Both the position numbers and the translations under genes were made by a program. A stretch of DNA of 63,973 nt, counting the filler, from Vicugna vicugna (Eukaryota), in assembly GCA_013265495.1 (NCBI GenBank). It is 85 parts of 85 records of this genome, joined end to end, with 100 filler letters (N's around TTAATTAATTAA, not from the genome) between each part and the next. Parts side by side here need not be neighbours in the genome. Positions count along the whole stretch, not along the records: positions 38,105 to 38,555 come from MU057855.1; positions 38,656 to 39,224 come from MU057857.1; positions 39,325 to 39,797 come from PNXW01002087.1; positions 39,898 to 40,660 come from PNXW01002088.1; positions 40,761 to 41,264 come from PNXW01002091.1; positions 41,365 to 41,800 come from MU057858.1; positions 41,901 to 42,369 come from MU057860.1; positions 42,470 to 42,873 come from MU057864.1; 77 more parts are not named here. One strand, 5' to 3'. The notes under the pieces are model-generated. The model was not told the origin of the DNA. It saw only the letters and a program-made list of their open reading frames with translations, and ran no database searches. Positions 38,105 to 50,124 of the stretch are shown piece after piece (the stretch's first letter is position 1; each line of letters opens with the position of its first letter).

Positions 38105-38555
38105 ATGCGCATGTTCATAACTCAGAAATGCTTGTTTGAGGAATCCGTGGTGCATGAATCTTTCTTGGAATACGGAATGCGATGGTTATGTAAGCAATTT
38201 AAATTAAATGTGTATTGGTGAGAATTCGCTCAAAGAGTGTTTTCTGGTGCCAAATATTCGATTTTAGAACCTGNNNNNNNNNNNNNNNNNNNNNNNNNNN
38301 NNNNNNNNNNNNNNNNNNNNNNNNNNNNNNNNNNNNNNNNNNNNNNNNNNNNNNNNNNNNNNNNNNNNNNNNNNNNNNNNNNATGTATTTCGAATCCGTC
38401 ATGCATGTAGCATGTACGAAACCCGGAATTCTATGTTGATGGAATTCATGTAAATTATATATCTATTAGGTGGAAATTGCTCCAAAAGTATTTTTCTATG
38501 AAAAACGCACATTCGAAAATGGTGTTAGGGGAAGCTTGTGAAAATGAGTACACGT
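38105..38555. repeat. Satellite C
   Basis: Matches 28672-29120. Confidence 0.92.
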
Positions 38556-38655
38556 NNNNNNNNNNNNNNNNNNNNNNNNNNNNNNNNNNNNNNNNNNNNT
38601 TAATTAATTAANNNNNNNNNNNNNNNNNNNNNNNNNNNNNNNNNNNNNNNNNNNN

Positions 38656-39224
38656 CCAACAACGGTCGGCAGCGTATGGGTTCTAACGGAATGCCTAAGC
38701 AAGTCTCCCCTGGGTTTTTCCCTAATATCTCTGTGCCAGGGAATTCTAGGGGTGATTGCAGGATATCCCAGTGACCGAGGCTGCCTCCCCAAGGTCAGGG
38801 AAGGTATTTCCCGGACTTCCCCGAACAGGGAACACNNNNNNNNNNNNNNNNNNNNNNNNNNNNNNNNNNNNNNNNNNNNNNNNNNNNNNNNNNNNNNNNN
38901 NNNNNNNNNNNNNNNNNNNNNNNNNNNNNNNNNNNNNNNNNNNNNNNNNNNNNNNNNNNNNNNNNNNNNNNNACTCGTCTCCCCTGAGTGTTTTCCAAAT
39001 ATCTCTGTGCCAGGGAATGCTAGGGGTGATTGCAGGATATCCTAGTGACCGAGGCTGCCTCCCCAAGGGCAGGGAAGTTATTTCCAGTACTTCCCAGAAC
39101 AGGGAACACCTGTGACTGAAGAGAGCTGCGTGGAGTTGTCTTTCGAGCTTCCTCACGCACTGACAATGGTTCCGGACTTCTGAGCATGGGGAGGTTCCAC
39201 CAAAGGTCGGCAGCGCGTGGGTTC
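38656..39224. repeat. Satellite A
   Basis: Family A monomer motifs. Confidence 0.95.
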
Positions 39225-39479
39225 NNNNNNNNNNNNNNNNNNNNNNNNNNNNNNNNNNNNNNNNNNNNTTAATTAATTAANNNNNNNNNNNNNNNNNNNN
39301 NNNNNNNNNNNNNNNNNNNNNNNNTCATTGTTAAAACTTAGATGATATGTGAAGCATTGTGCATGTCCTTTATAAACCCTTTTCCTTAGAATCAATAAAC
39401 ACAGAACTGCTTCGCTTCTCTCCACACAGTGTTTGTGTGTATATTAAACCGTGCCACTGAAAGGGTTAATTTAATTTGT

Positions 39480-39797
39480 TGGGAGTATCTTAAAAGGATG
39501 TTGCATTAATACAATGCTCTTTCCACACCTATTGAGATGGTTATGTGAGATTTATTTCTCATTCTATTAGTGAGGCATGTCACCTTTATTGATTTGAATA
39601 TTTTGAAGTATCCTTAAACCCAGGGAATAAATCCCTCATGTATTGTATGGATAAGTTAATGGGTTGTTGAATTCATTTTTCTTTCTTTTTGTTTGAGAAT
39701 TTTGGCACATATGTTCTCAGGGATAATAATCTATATTTTGCATATAATGTCGTTTCTAGCATTGTTATGCAAATAAAGCTGGAATCATAAAACAAGT
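39480..39797 (-). mobile_element. LINE-1 ORF2 fragment
   Basis: 'aaaggatgttgcatt...aatgctctttccacacctattgagatggttatgtg' and 'cccagggaataaatccc'. Confidence 0.75.
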
Positions 39798-40190
39798 NNN
39801 NNNNNNNNNNNNNNNNNNNNNNNNNNNNNNNNNNNNNNNNNTTAATTAATTAANNNNNNNNNNNNNNNNNNNNNNNNNNNNNNNNNNNNNNNNNNNNTTC
39901 CGTGCAGCTGGGTGTCCCCTCAGAGCAGCTCCGTCAGCGCTTACCCTGGGCTGACGTGGTGTCACTGGGAGCAGGACAGTCAGCGTCCCCGGCTCCTCCG
40001 AGCTCCGTCTCCTCATCCGCAGCGCCGGGTTCCTCATCCGTGTCTACTTAGTAGGGTTGCTGAGAATCACACGTGATGGTTGTAAGGTGTGACTTGTGGT
40101 TGTCTCTGTGATTGGCATATAGTCAATATTTGATAGAAACACTTTTTTTGTATAATTGTAGCACATAGATTGCAGTGGTTTTTAGTCTGC

Positions 40191-40325
40191 ATTTTTTTTA
40201 TAACTGTATTCTTGTTTTTCAATATGCACTTATTTTTATTTATTTTTTTGGAGGTACTGGGGACTGAAGCCAGGACATTGTGCATGCTAAGCAGATGCTC
40301 TACAACTAAGTAATACCCACCCTCC
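40191..40325 (-). mobile_element. Vic-1-type tRNA-derived SINE
   Basis: Reverse tRNA-like head 'ggaggtactggggactgaagccaggacattgtgcatgctaagcagatgctctac'. Possible target-site duplication (TSD) gtctgca at 40185 and 40328. Confidence 0.85.
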
Positions 40326-40760
40326 TTGTCTGCACTTTAAAATAAATATTGCAATACACAAAATAGCTCTTAAACACCCTCATGGGATCTAGTCTCTGTA
40401 TAGACAGTTGAAAACGTATGCTATTTCAATAAGAATAGATGTTGTTGGGACATACATTTCTGAATCTGTTAATGTGCTTAAAAACGATCATAGGTAGTGA
40501 TAAACACGAATCTTTGATCCAGTACTTCTTAGTGTCTCTTTTGCCATCAAGGGAAAATACATTCTACAGAGAAGGCTAATTTGGTCTTTTTGAAGTTTGG
40601 ATGGTTATCAAAATGTGACAGTTTTGTATTTTAAACTAACTACAAAGTTATCTTCTAGAANNNNNNNNNNNNNNNNNNNNNNNNNNNNNNNNNNNNNNNN
40701 NNNNTTAATTAATTAANNNNNNNNNNNNNNNNNNNNNNNNNNNNNNNNNNNNNNNNNNNN

Positions 40761-41264
40761 TATGGCATAATTTCTGAATACTGTCATCAGTTGTTGGACC
40801 ATTAGTTTGCTTCCATGTCCTGGCTGTTATATATAGCACTGCTAAGAACATCAGGGTGCAGGTGTCTTTTTGAATTACTGTTCCCTTTGATATATACCCA
40901 GAAGTGGGATTGCTGGAATGTATATTGTCAATTTTTATTCTTTTGAGGAATCCCCATCCTGTATTCCACAATGACTGCACCAAACTACATTCCTTCTATC
41001 AGTGTATGACGGTTCACATTCTCCACAGCTTCCCCAGTATTTATTGTTTGTGGATTTTTGAATGATGGCCATTGTGACTATTGTGAGGACATCATAGTTT
41101 TGCCTTTCTATAATAATGATAGTGAGAATTTTTTTTCATATATCTGTGTGGCATTTGTATGTGTCTATTTGAGAATTGCTTGTTTAGTGCTTCTGCCGAT
41201 TTTCAGATTGGGTTTCTTGTTTTTATTATTATTATTAGGTTGTATAAAGTCTTTATATTTTGGA
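40761..41264 (-). mobile_element. LINE-1 ORF2 3' fragment
   Basis: Minus ORF 'VQSLWNTGWGFLKRIKI...QKDTCTLMFLAVLYITARTWKQ'. Confidence 0.92.
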
Positions 41265-41364
41265 NNNNNNNNNNNNNNNNNNNNNNNNNNNNNNNNNNNN
41301 NNNNNNNNTTAATTAATTAANNNNNNNNNNNNNNNNNNNNNNNNNNNNNNNNNNNNNNNNNNNN

Positions 41365-41800
41365 TATATAATGAAGAAGGGAAAATTTAGAATATAGAAT
41401 AGAGTATATTGAACCCAGAAATTAAACATGGAATGTAGAACACATCATTAAGAATATAGAATACAGAATACTGAAAATAGAATTTTAATATAGAATGTAG
41501 AACACAGAATATTCAATATAGAATATAGAACGCAGAATTTATAACATGGAATGCATAACACTGATTTTAGAATATAGAATTCAGAATACTGGATATATAA
41601 TTTAGAATATAGAATGTAGAACACAGAATTAAGAATATAGAATACGGAATGCAGAACACAGAATTTAGAACATGGAATGCAGAACACAGAATTTAGAACA
41701 TGGAATGCAGAACACAGAATATAGAATATAGAATATGGAAGGAAGAATATAGCATACAGAATATAGAATGTAGAACACAGAATATAGAATATGGAAAACA
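41365..41800. repeat. Satellite E
   Basis: Heptamer array. Confidence 0.95.
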
Positions 41801-41900
41801 NNNNNNNNNNNNNNNNNNNNNNNNNNNNNNNNNNNNNNNNNNNNTTAATTAATTAANNNNNNNNNNNNNNNNNNNNNNNNNNNNNNNNNNNNNNNNNNNN

Positions 41901-42369
41901 TAACTTCCCTGACATTGGGGAGGCAGCCTCTGTCACTGGGAATTCTTGCAAACACCCCCGGCATTCCCTGGCAAAGAGACATTTGGAAAACACTCAGGGG
42001 AGACGAGCTTAGGCATTCCGTTAGAACCCACGCGCTGCCGACCGTTGGTGGAACCTCCCCACGCTCAGGATTCCGGAACCATTGTCAGTGCGTGTNNNNN
42101 NNNNNNNNNNNNNNNNNNNNNNNNNNNNNNNNNNNNNNNNNNNNNNNNNNNNNNNNNNNNNNNNNNNNATTGGGGAGACAGCCACAGTCACTGGGATATC
42201 CTGCAATCACCCCTAGCATTCCCTGGCACAGAGACATTAGGAAAAACCTCAGGGGAGACGAGCTTAGGCCTTCCGTTTGAACCCAAGCGCTACCGACCGT
42301 TGGTGGAACCTCCCCACGCTCAGTATTCCGGAACCATTGTCACAGCGTGGGGGAGCTCGAGAGACAACT
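41901..42369. repeat. Satellite A
   Basis: Family A monomer motifs. Confidence 0.95.
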
Positions 42370-42469
42370 NNNNNNNNNNNNNNNNNNNNNNNNNNNNNNN
42401 NNNNNNNNNNNNNTTAATTAATTAANNNNNNNNNNNNNNNNNNNNNNNNNNNNNNNNNNNNNNNNNNNN

Positions 42470-42873
42470 TTGGGGTTGGTGTTCAAGGTTAATGTTAGTG
42501 TTGGGGTTGGGGTCTGGATCAGGTTTAGGGATTTGGGGTTAAGGTTAGGATTTCAGGTTAGGGCTGAGGGGTTGGGGTAGGGGTAGGGGTAGCTTTAGGG
42601 TTAGGGTTTTAGGGTTAGGCTTATTGCTAAGGTTAGGATTTGGGAGGAGGAGGAGGAGTTAGGATTAAGGGTAGGGGTAGGGATGGGGTTAGGTTTAGAG
42701 GTTTGGGGTTAGGACCAGAGCCAGAGTTTAGGGATAGGTTTGGAGGGGTTAGGACCCAGAGTTTAGGGATAGGTTTGGGGTCAGGGTTAGGGGTTGGGGT
42801 TAGAGTTAGGGGAGAAGGAGGAGAATGGTTAGGGTTAGAGGGAGGAGGAGCAGGAGTAGGATAAGGTAAGGTT
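42470..42873 (+). repeat. Degenerate telomere-like (TTAGGG-variant) tract
   Basis: TTAGGG, TTGGGG, GTAGGG, TCAGGG and TTAGGA units with strong G/T strand bias. Confidence 0.85.
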
Positions 42874-42973
42874 NNNNNNNNNNNNNNNNNNNNNNNNNNN
42901 NNNNNNNNNNNNNNNNNTTAATTAATTAANNNNNNNNNNNNNNNNNNNNNNNNNNNNNNNNNNNNNNNNNNNN

Positions 42974-45072
42974 GTTCTGCATTCCATGTTCTAAATTCTA
43001 CATTCAGTATTCTGTATTATATATTCTAAATTCTGTGCTCTGTATTCTATGTTCTAAATTCTATATTCAGTATTCTGTATTCTATATTCTATATTCTGTG
43101 TTGTGCATTCCATGTTCTAAATTCTGGGTTCTGTATTCTCTTTTCCGTATTCTATATTCTGTTTTCTACATTCTATATTCTGTATTCTATATTCTGCATT
43201 CCGTATTCTATATTCTGTGTTCTGCATTCTATATTCTAAATTCTATATTCAGTATTCTGTATTGTATATCATAAATTCTGTGTTCTGCATTCCATGTTCT
43301 AAATTCTGTGTTCTATATTCTCTCTTCTATATTCTGTAATTTGTGTTATTTATTCTATATACTATATGCTGCATTCCGTAGTCTATATTGTATATTTTGT
43401 GTTGTACATTCTATATTATAAATTCTATATTCAGTATTCTGTATTCAAAATTCTAAATTCTGTGTTCTGCATTCCATGTTCTAAATTCTGGGTTCTCTAT
43501 TNNNNNNNNNNNNNNNNNNNNNNNNNNNNNNNNNNNNNNNNNNNNNNNNNNNNNNNNNNNNNNNNNNNNNNNNNNNCTATATTCTCTGTGTCCTGCATTC
43601 TATATTCTAAATTCTTTATTCAGTATTCTGTATTCTGTATTCTAAATTCTGTGTTCTGCATTCCATTTTCTATATTCTGTGTTCTTTGTACTCTATTCTA
43701 TATTATACATTCTGTGTTAATCATTCTATATTCTAAATTATATATTCAGCATTCTGTATTCTTATTCTAAATTCTGTGTCCTACATTCTATATTCTAAAT
43801 TATATATTCAGTATTCTGTATTGTATGTTATATATTCTGTGTTCTACATTCCATGTTCTAAATTCTGGGTTCTNNNNNNNNNNNNNNNNNNNNNNNNNNN
43901 NNNNNNNNNNNNNNNNNNNNNNNNNNNNNNNNNNNNNNNNNNNNNNNNNNNNNNNNNNNNNNNNNNNNNNNNNNNNNNNNNNNNNNNNNNNNNNNNNNNN
44001 NNNNNNNNNNNNNNNNNNNNNNNNNNNNTTCTTCATTCTCTAAATCTGGGTTCTATATTCTCTATTCTGTATTTTATATTCTTTGTTCTTCATTCTATAT
44101 TCTAAATACTATATTCAGTNNNNNNNNNNNNNNNNNNNNNNNNNNNNNNNNNNNNNNNNNNNNTTAATTAATTAANNNNNNNNNNNNNNNNNNNNNNNNN
44201 NNNNNNNNNNNNNNNNNNNGAATTGAGAACATGGAATGCAGAACACAGAACTTAGAATATAGAAAACAGTATACTGAATATAGAATTTCGAATATTGAAT
44301 GTTGAACACAGAATTTAGAATATATTATAAAGAATACTGAATATAAAATTTAGAATATAGAATGTAGAACACAGAATATAGATTATAGAATAGAGAATAT
44401 AGAACCCAGAATTTAGAACATGGAATGAAGAACACAGAATTTAGAAAATAGAATACAGTATACTGAATATAGAATTTAGAATATACAATGTAGAACACAG
44501 AATATACAATATAGACTACTGAATGCAGAATATAGAATATTGAATATAGAAAGATGAACACAAATTATAGAATATAGAGTAGAGAATATAGAACCCATAA
44601 TTTAGACCATGGAATGCAGAACTCAGAATTTAAATTATACAATACCGAATACTGAATATAAAATATGAAAATACAATGTAGAACACAGAAATTTGAATAC
44701 AGAATACAGAATTCTGAATATAGAATTTAGAATATAGAATGAGTAACACAGAATAAAGAATATAGACTACGGAATGGAGAATATAGAAGATACAATATCG
44801 AATGAAGAACACAAAATCTAGAATATAGAATACAGAATTTAGAACCCAGAATTAAGAAATGGAATGCGGAACAGAGAATTTAGAATATAGAATACAGAAT
44901 ACTGAATAAAGAATTTAGAATATTGAATGTAGAACACAGAATTTAGAATATAGAATACAGAATACTGAGTATAAAATTTAGAATATAGTATGTAGAACAC
45001 AGAATATAATATACGCTACGGAATGCCGAATATAGAATATAGAATGTAGAATAATGAGCACAAAATATGGAA
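42974..45072. repeat. Satellite E, two scaffolds in opposite orientation (42974-44119 and 44220-45072)
   Basis: Heptamer arrays on either side of a spacer. Confidence 0.95.
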
Positions 45073-45172
45073 NNNNNNNNNNNNNNNNNNNNNNNNNNNN
45101 NNNNNNNNNNNNNNNNTTAATTAATTAANNNNNNNNNNNNNNNNNNNNNNNNNNNNNNNNNNNNNNNNNNNN

Positions 45173-45995
45173 AAGGTCAGGGAATGTATTTCTTGGACTT
45201 CCCCGAACAGGGAACACGTGTGACTTAAGAGAGCTACGTGCAGTTGTCTCTCGAGCTCCCCCACTCACTGACAATGTTTCCGGAATCCTGAGCGTGGGGA
45301 GGTTCCACCAACGGTCGGCAGCGCGTGGATTCTAACGGGATGCCTGAGCTCGTCTCCCCTGAGGGTTTTCCTAATGTCTCTGTGCCAGGGAATGCTAGGG
45401 GGGGTTTGCAGGAAATCCCAGTGACAGAGGCTGCCTCNNNNNNNNNNNNNNNNNNNNNNNNNNNNNNNNNNNNNNNNNNNNNNNNNNNNNNNNNNNNNNN
45501 NNNNNNNNNNNNNNNNNNNNNNNNNNNNNNNNNNNNNNNNNNNNNNNNNNNNNNNNNNNNNNNNNNNNNNNNNNNNNNNNNNNNNNNNNNNNNNNNNNNN
45601 NNNNNNNNNNNNNNNNNNNNNNNNNNNNNNNNNNNNNNNNNNNNNNNNNNNNNNNNNNNNNNNNNNNNNNNNNNNNNNNNNNNNNNNNNNNNNNNNNNNN
45701 NNNNNNNNNNNNNNNNNNNNNNNNNNNNNNNNNNNNNNNNNNNNNNGTGACTGAAGAGAGCTGCGTGGAGTTGTCTCTCGAGCTCCCCCACGCACTGACA
45801 ATGGTTCCGGAATCCTGAGCGTTTGGAGGTTCCACCAACGGTCGGCAGCGCGTGGGTTCTAAAGGGATGCCTGAGCTCGTCTCCCCTGAGGGTTTCCCTA
45901 ATGTTTCTTTGCCAGGGAATGCTAGGGGGGGTTTGCAGGACATCTCAGTTACAGAGGCTGCCTCCCCAAGGTCACGGAATGTATTTCTCGTACTT
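45173..45995. repeat. Satellite A
   Basis: Family A monomer motifs. Confidence 0.95.
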
Positions 45996-46208
45996 NNNNN
46001 NNNNNNNNNNNNNNNNNNNNNNNNNNNNNNNNNNNNNNNTTAATTAATTAANNNNNNNNNNNNNNNNNNNNNNNNNNNNNNNNNNNNNNNNNNNNAAGCT
46101 TATTTTTAACTGAACCAAGCCCTGCTTTCAACACTGTAATTCCTCTTACTGTAAAAATACGTGACATCAATAAGCACCGCCATCATTACACCTGAAATGG
46201 TTCAAGGT

Positions 46209-46771
46209 ACTTACCTGGGGCAGAAATACTGAGCGAGGAGACAGAAGCTCCCTCAGAACTGCCGCTCCCTTTTCCAGACTCCACCAGGAGAAGCTGGGCG
46301 TTACAGCCGGAGGCTCTTAGCTGGGAGAGCAGCGCCCACGCCTCTGATCTGTACCTCAGGGAGCGGGAAAGGGAAAGGAAGGCAGCCCCGGGGTCGCGGG
46401 GCAGGGAGAGCGGGGTGGGGGATGCGGGCTGCAGCCACGCTCGGAGGCGAGCCCCAGCCACAGCCCCAGCCCCAGGCGCCCGCCCCAGTCCGGGTCCGCA
46501 GACCCCGCCCGCCCGGGACGCAGCCCGCCCAGCGACCGAGAAGAGGAAGCCCGGGAGGAGAGGACTCGCGGGCGGGAGAGGGGAAGTGGACGCCGGCCGC
46601 GGACTGAGGGGATCCCGGCTGAGCCAAAAGGCGGCAGGGGCACACCTGGCCCTGGACAGCTGTGGCCGGGGCGCCGGGGAAGGTGGCCGGAGCTATTCAG
46701 CAGAACACACGCTGACTGGCGCCCTGGGGGGCTGTCACAAGCCGACCGCCCTCCCGCAGCCGAATGACCCC
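46209..46771 (-). promoter_or_regulatory. CpG-island fragment with a consensus splice donor; probable 5' end of an unidentified gene
   Basis: Very GC- and CpG-rich at 46380-46771 with CCCGCCC boxes. The minus strand reads CAG|GTAAGT at 46217-46209. Confidence 0.55.
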
Positions 46772-46871
46772 NNNNNNNNNNNNNNNNNNNNNNNNNNNNN
46801 NNNNNNNNNNNNNNNTTAATTAATTAANNNNNNNNNNNNNNNNNNNNNNNNNNNNNNNNNNNNNNNNNNNN

Positions 46872-47966
46872 AAAGCCATCCTTCACCTATCTTGAAGGGA
46901 ACACTAAGTTTCTTTTAAGCTGCAAACTCCAATACATACATATATACGGGGAGGTAAAAGCTCCAACTCGGTTTTACAGTGAAAACGGCAGGCACTTCAA
47001 ACCGGCACTAGGAAACAGACTGAGACACCAGAGTAAGGGTTTCTCCTGCAACCCGTTCCCTTTGTGCTGGATGAACGAACGTCTCTCCACATGCTCAGTT
47101 CTGAGAGATAATTGTGTGTGAAAGCCATCCTTCACCTATCTTGAAGGGAACACTAAGTTTCTTTTAAGCTGCAAACTCCAATACATACATATATACGGGG
47201 AGGTACAAGCTCCAACTAGGTTTTAAATTGAAAACGGTAGGCAATTCAAACCGGCACTAGGAAACAGACTGAGAAACCAGAGTAAGGGTTTCTCCTGCAA
47301 CCCGTTCCCTTTGTGCTGGATGAACGAACGTCTCTCCACATGCTCAGTTCTGAGAGATAAGTGTGTGNNNNNNNNNNNNNNNNNNNNNNNNNNNNNNNNN
47401 NNNNNNNNNNNNNNNNNNNNNNNNNNNNNNNNNNNNNNNNNNNNNNNNNNNNNNNNNNNNNNNNNNNNNNNNNNNNNNNNNNNNNNNNNNNNNNNNNNNN
47501 NNNNNNNNNNNNNNNNNNNNNNNNNNNNNNNNNNNNNNNNNNNNNNNNNNNNNNNNNNNNNNNNNNNNNNNNNNNNNNNNNNNNNNNNNNNNNNNNNNNN
47601 NNNNNNNNNNNNNNNNNNNNNNNNNNNNNNNNNNNNNNNNNNNNNNNNNNNNNNNNNNNNNNNNNNNNNNNNNNNNNNNNNNNNNNNNNNNNNNNNNNNN
47701 NNNNNNNNNNNNNNNNNNNNNNNNNNNNNNNNNNNNNNNNNNNNNNNNNNNNNNNNNNNNNNNNNNNNNNNNNNNNNNNNNNNNNNNNNNNNNNNNNNNN
47801 NNNNNNNNNNNNNNNNNNNNNNNNNNNNNNNNNNNNNNNNNCACATGCTCAGATCTGAGAGATAAGTGTGTGTGAAAGCCGTCCTTCATCTAGCTTGAAG
47901 GGAACACAAAATTTCTTTTAGTTTGCAAACTCCACTCCATACAAATATATGGGGAGGTACAAGCTC
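46872..47966. repeat. Satellite B (reverse orientation)
   Basis: 'aaagccatccttcacc' occurs at 46872 and 47121 (249 apart). Confidence 0.96.
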
Positions 47967-48509
47967 NNNNNNNNNNNNNNNNNNNNNNNNNNNNNNNNNN
48001 NNNNNNNNNNTTAATTAATTAANNNNNNNNNNNNNNNNNNNNNNNNNNNNNNNNNNNNNNNNNNNNGGTGGGCTGTGGGCGGGGAAGTACAGCTCTGGCT
48101 TTCCCTGAACCTTCCTCGTCCTGCTGAAAGATTGGGTTTGGGGCCTGCTGATTAGGGACTGTGGTTTTGCTGGCGATTTTTCTTTTCCAGGAAAGACCTC
48201 CAAGCTAAGGAGCAAGTGTGAACACTAGCCTTGCTTGGATGTGGTACTTTTCAGTGAAAATCACAGCATTTCATCTTATTATTTGCACCCTTTGCTCCCT
48301 GAGTCCCAGAGCAGCCCCTGCCTAAATTTCAGGCGTTCCCCAGGACAGCCGAGCCCCTGGGCACCCAGTGTGGGAATCTGAGACACAGCCTGTGGGCTGC
48401 TTAGAAGACAGGGAAAAGGTGTCCTGGGGCTTTGTAGCTTCAGAACTCTCTGCAGGGCTGCAGGGGTTTAAATTGAAAATGCAGTCCCTTACAGGCCAAT
48501 ATGCATTTC

Positions 48510-48650
48510 AAGCAGAAAGGGGATTTCAGAGATCATCAAATCTAATGTCTGTTTCATAGATGTGGAAATAGAAACCCAGAGGTCATATGTTGGATGACCC
48601 CCAGAGCAGGACTTGAAACCTAGGTCTCCTGACTCCCAACCTAGTGTTTT
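48510..48650. mobile_element. MIR SINE fragment
   Basis: 'tttcatagatgtggaaatagaaacccagag' and 'agagcaggacttgaaacctaggtctcctgactccca'. Confidence 0.7.
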
Positions 48651-48689
48651 TCTCGTGGAGGCATTCATATAGCATGTTTGTATTTTGGT

Positions 48690-48888
48690 TTTTTAAATTA
48701 TTATTTTTTATTGAAGCATAGTTGCTGTACAGTATTATATAAGTTATAGGTGTACACTATAGTTATTAACAGTTTTTAAAGGTTATACTCCACTTATAGT
48801 TACTTTAAAATATTGGCCTGTTTTCCTGTGGTGTACCCTATATCCTTGTGGCTTATTTTATATCTGATCTACCCCTGTATTGCCCTCC
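48690..48888 (-). mobile_element. LINE-1 3' terminus
   Basis: 'ttttttattgaagcatagttgctgtacagtattatataagttataggtgtacactatag'. Confidence 0.8.
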
Positions 48889-49271
48889 NNNNNNNNNNNN
48901 NNNNNNNNNNNNNNNNNNNNNNNNNNNNNNNNTTAATTAATTAANNNNNNNNNNNNNNNNNNNNNNNNNNNNNNNNNNNNNNNNNNNNGTTAAGAATGAT
49001 CTATGGCGGGATTTGTTGAATGTGCCAGACTGTTCAGTGAGTGGTGATTATCCCTTGTATCTGTTCCGGAGTCGGCCTCGTCCCCTCTTTTGCTCTGTTC
49101 TCATTTATCTCTCTTCAGCAGGTGAACCAGTGATCTGTACTTCTATGATATGTAAAATACTTCTTATTTCACGGTAGAATTTGGGGACTGCTATGGAAAC
49201 GCATGTTTTAAGTGTGAATTGAGCCAGGGGTATAAAAGCCCCCTTGATTTAGAATCAGAAATTAATATGAT

Positions 49272-49398
49272 GGAGGGAGGGAATAGCTCAGTGGTAGAGT
49301 GCATGACTAGCATGCATGAGGTCCTGTGTTCAATCCCCAAAGCCTTCATTTAAAAAAGAAATAAATAAACATAATTATGTCCCCCCAAAAAAGAAAAA
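49272..49398 (+). mobile_element. Vic-1-type tRNA-derived SINE with a 14-bp target-site duplication
   Basis: A box 'tagctcagtgg', B box 'gttcaatccc' and an A-rich tail. TSD agaaattaa(t/c)atga at 49257-49270 and 49399-49412. Confidence 0.92.
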
Positions 49399-49669
49399 AG
49401 AAATTAACATGAGGATGAAGCTACANNNNNNNNNNNNNNNNNNNNNNNNNNNNNNNNNNNNNNNNNNNNTTAATTAATTAANNNNNNNNNNNNNNNNNNN
49501 NNNNNNNNNNNNNNNNNNNNNNNNNATTCCCCAAGGTTGGGGTGTGGTTTACTCAGGAGGGATGGGGACTCTGCACCAACACTCAGGCAGTCTGCTTCTT
49601 CTGGGGCTCTGACATGTTACCTCCCGCTCCCTGCCAGCCCAACACTTGGGACAGTGAAGCTAAGGCAGA

Positions 49670-49775
49670 GATCCTGCCTCCCTGTTTCCCAGCGTGTAAA
49701 ACGGGAATGTGTACTCTTCCCAAGGTAGTTCTGAGACTGAGAAACAACACCTGCGGGTGCTTGGTTCCCGGAGCA
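49670..49775. mobile_element. MIR core fragment
   Basis: 'cctgtttcccagcgtgtaaaacgggaat...cccaaggtagttctgagactgaga'. Confidence 0.55.
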
Positions 49776-50124
49776 ACAGTAAACCCAGCTCCTTGTGGGG
49801 GCAACGGGTGAGATACTCGTAGGGTTTCTGCAGAGACCTTAGCTAGAGGGCTGGGCCAGGGACGTAAAATATGAGCTGTGGGCATTGAAGGGTTAAAGAA
49901 GGGTGAATAGGCAGGACTGCTGCCTCCTTTGTGGTGCCCACAGATGTAAAACGCTTTCTCCCCATCTCTGCAACTCCCGTCCCAACTCCAGATACCTGCC
50001 TTCTCTCTGCTCCTCCTGTCCATCNNNNNNNNNNNNNNNNNNNNNNNNNNNNNNNNNNNNNNNNNNNNTTAATTAATTAANNNNNNNNNNNNNNNNNNNN
50101 NNNNNNNNNNNNNNNNNNNNNNNN

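Noticed and set aside
42974..45072. Large inverted repeat or strand switch in satellite E (also A at 56569-58698)
   Set aside because: The switch falls on an artificial spacer, and scaffold orientation is arbitrary.
46208..46220. U1 snRNA 5' end (TACTTACCTGG)
   Set aside because: Similarity stops after 11 nt. It is simply the complement of a splice donor.
49272..49350. tRNA gene (also 53715-53789 and 40250-40325)
   Set aside because: A and B boxes are present, but the acceptor stem is broken and there is an A-rich tail with TSDs, so these are SINEs.
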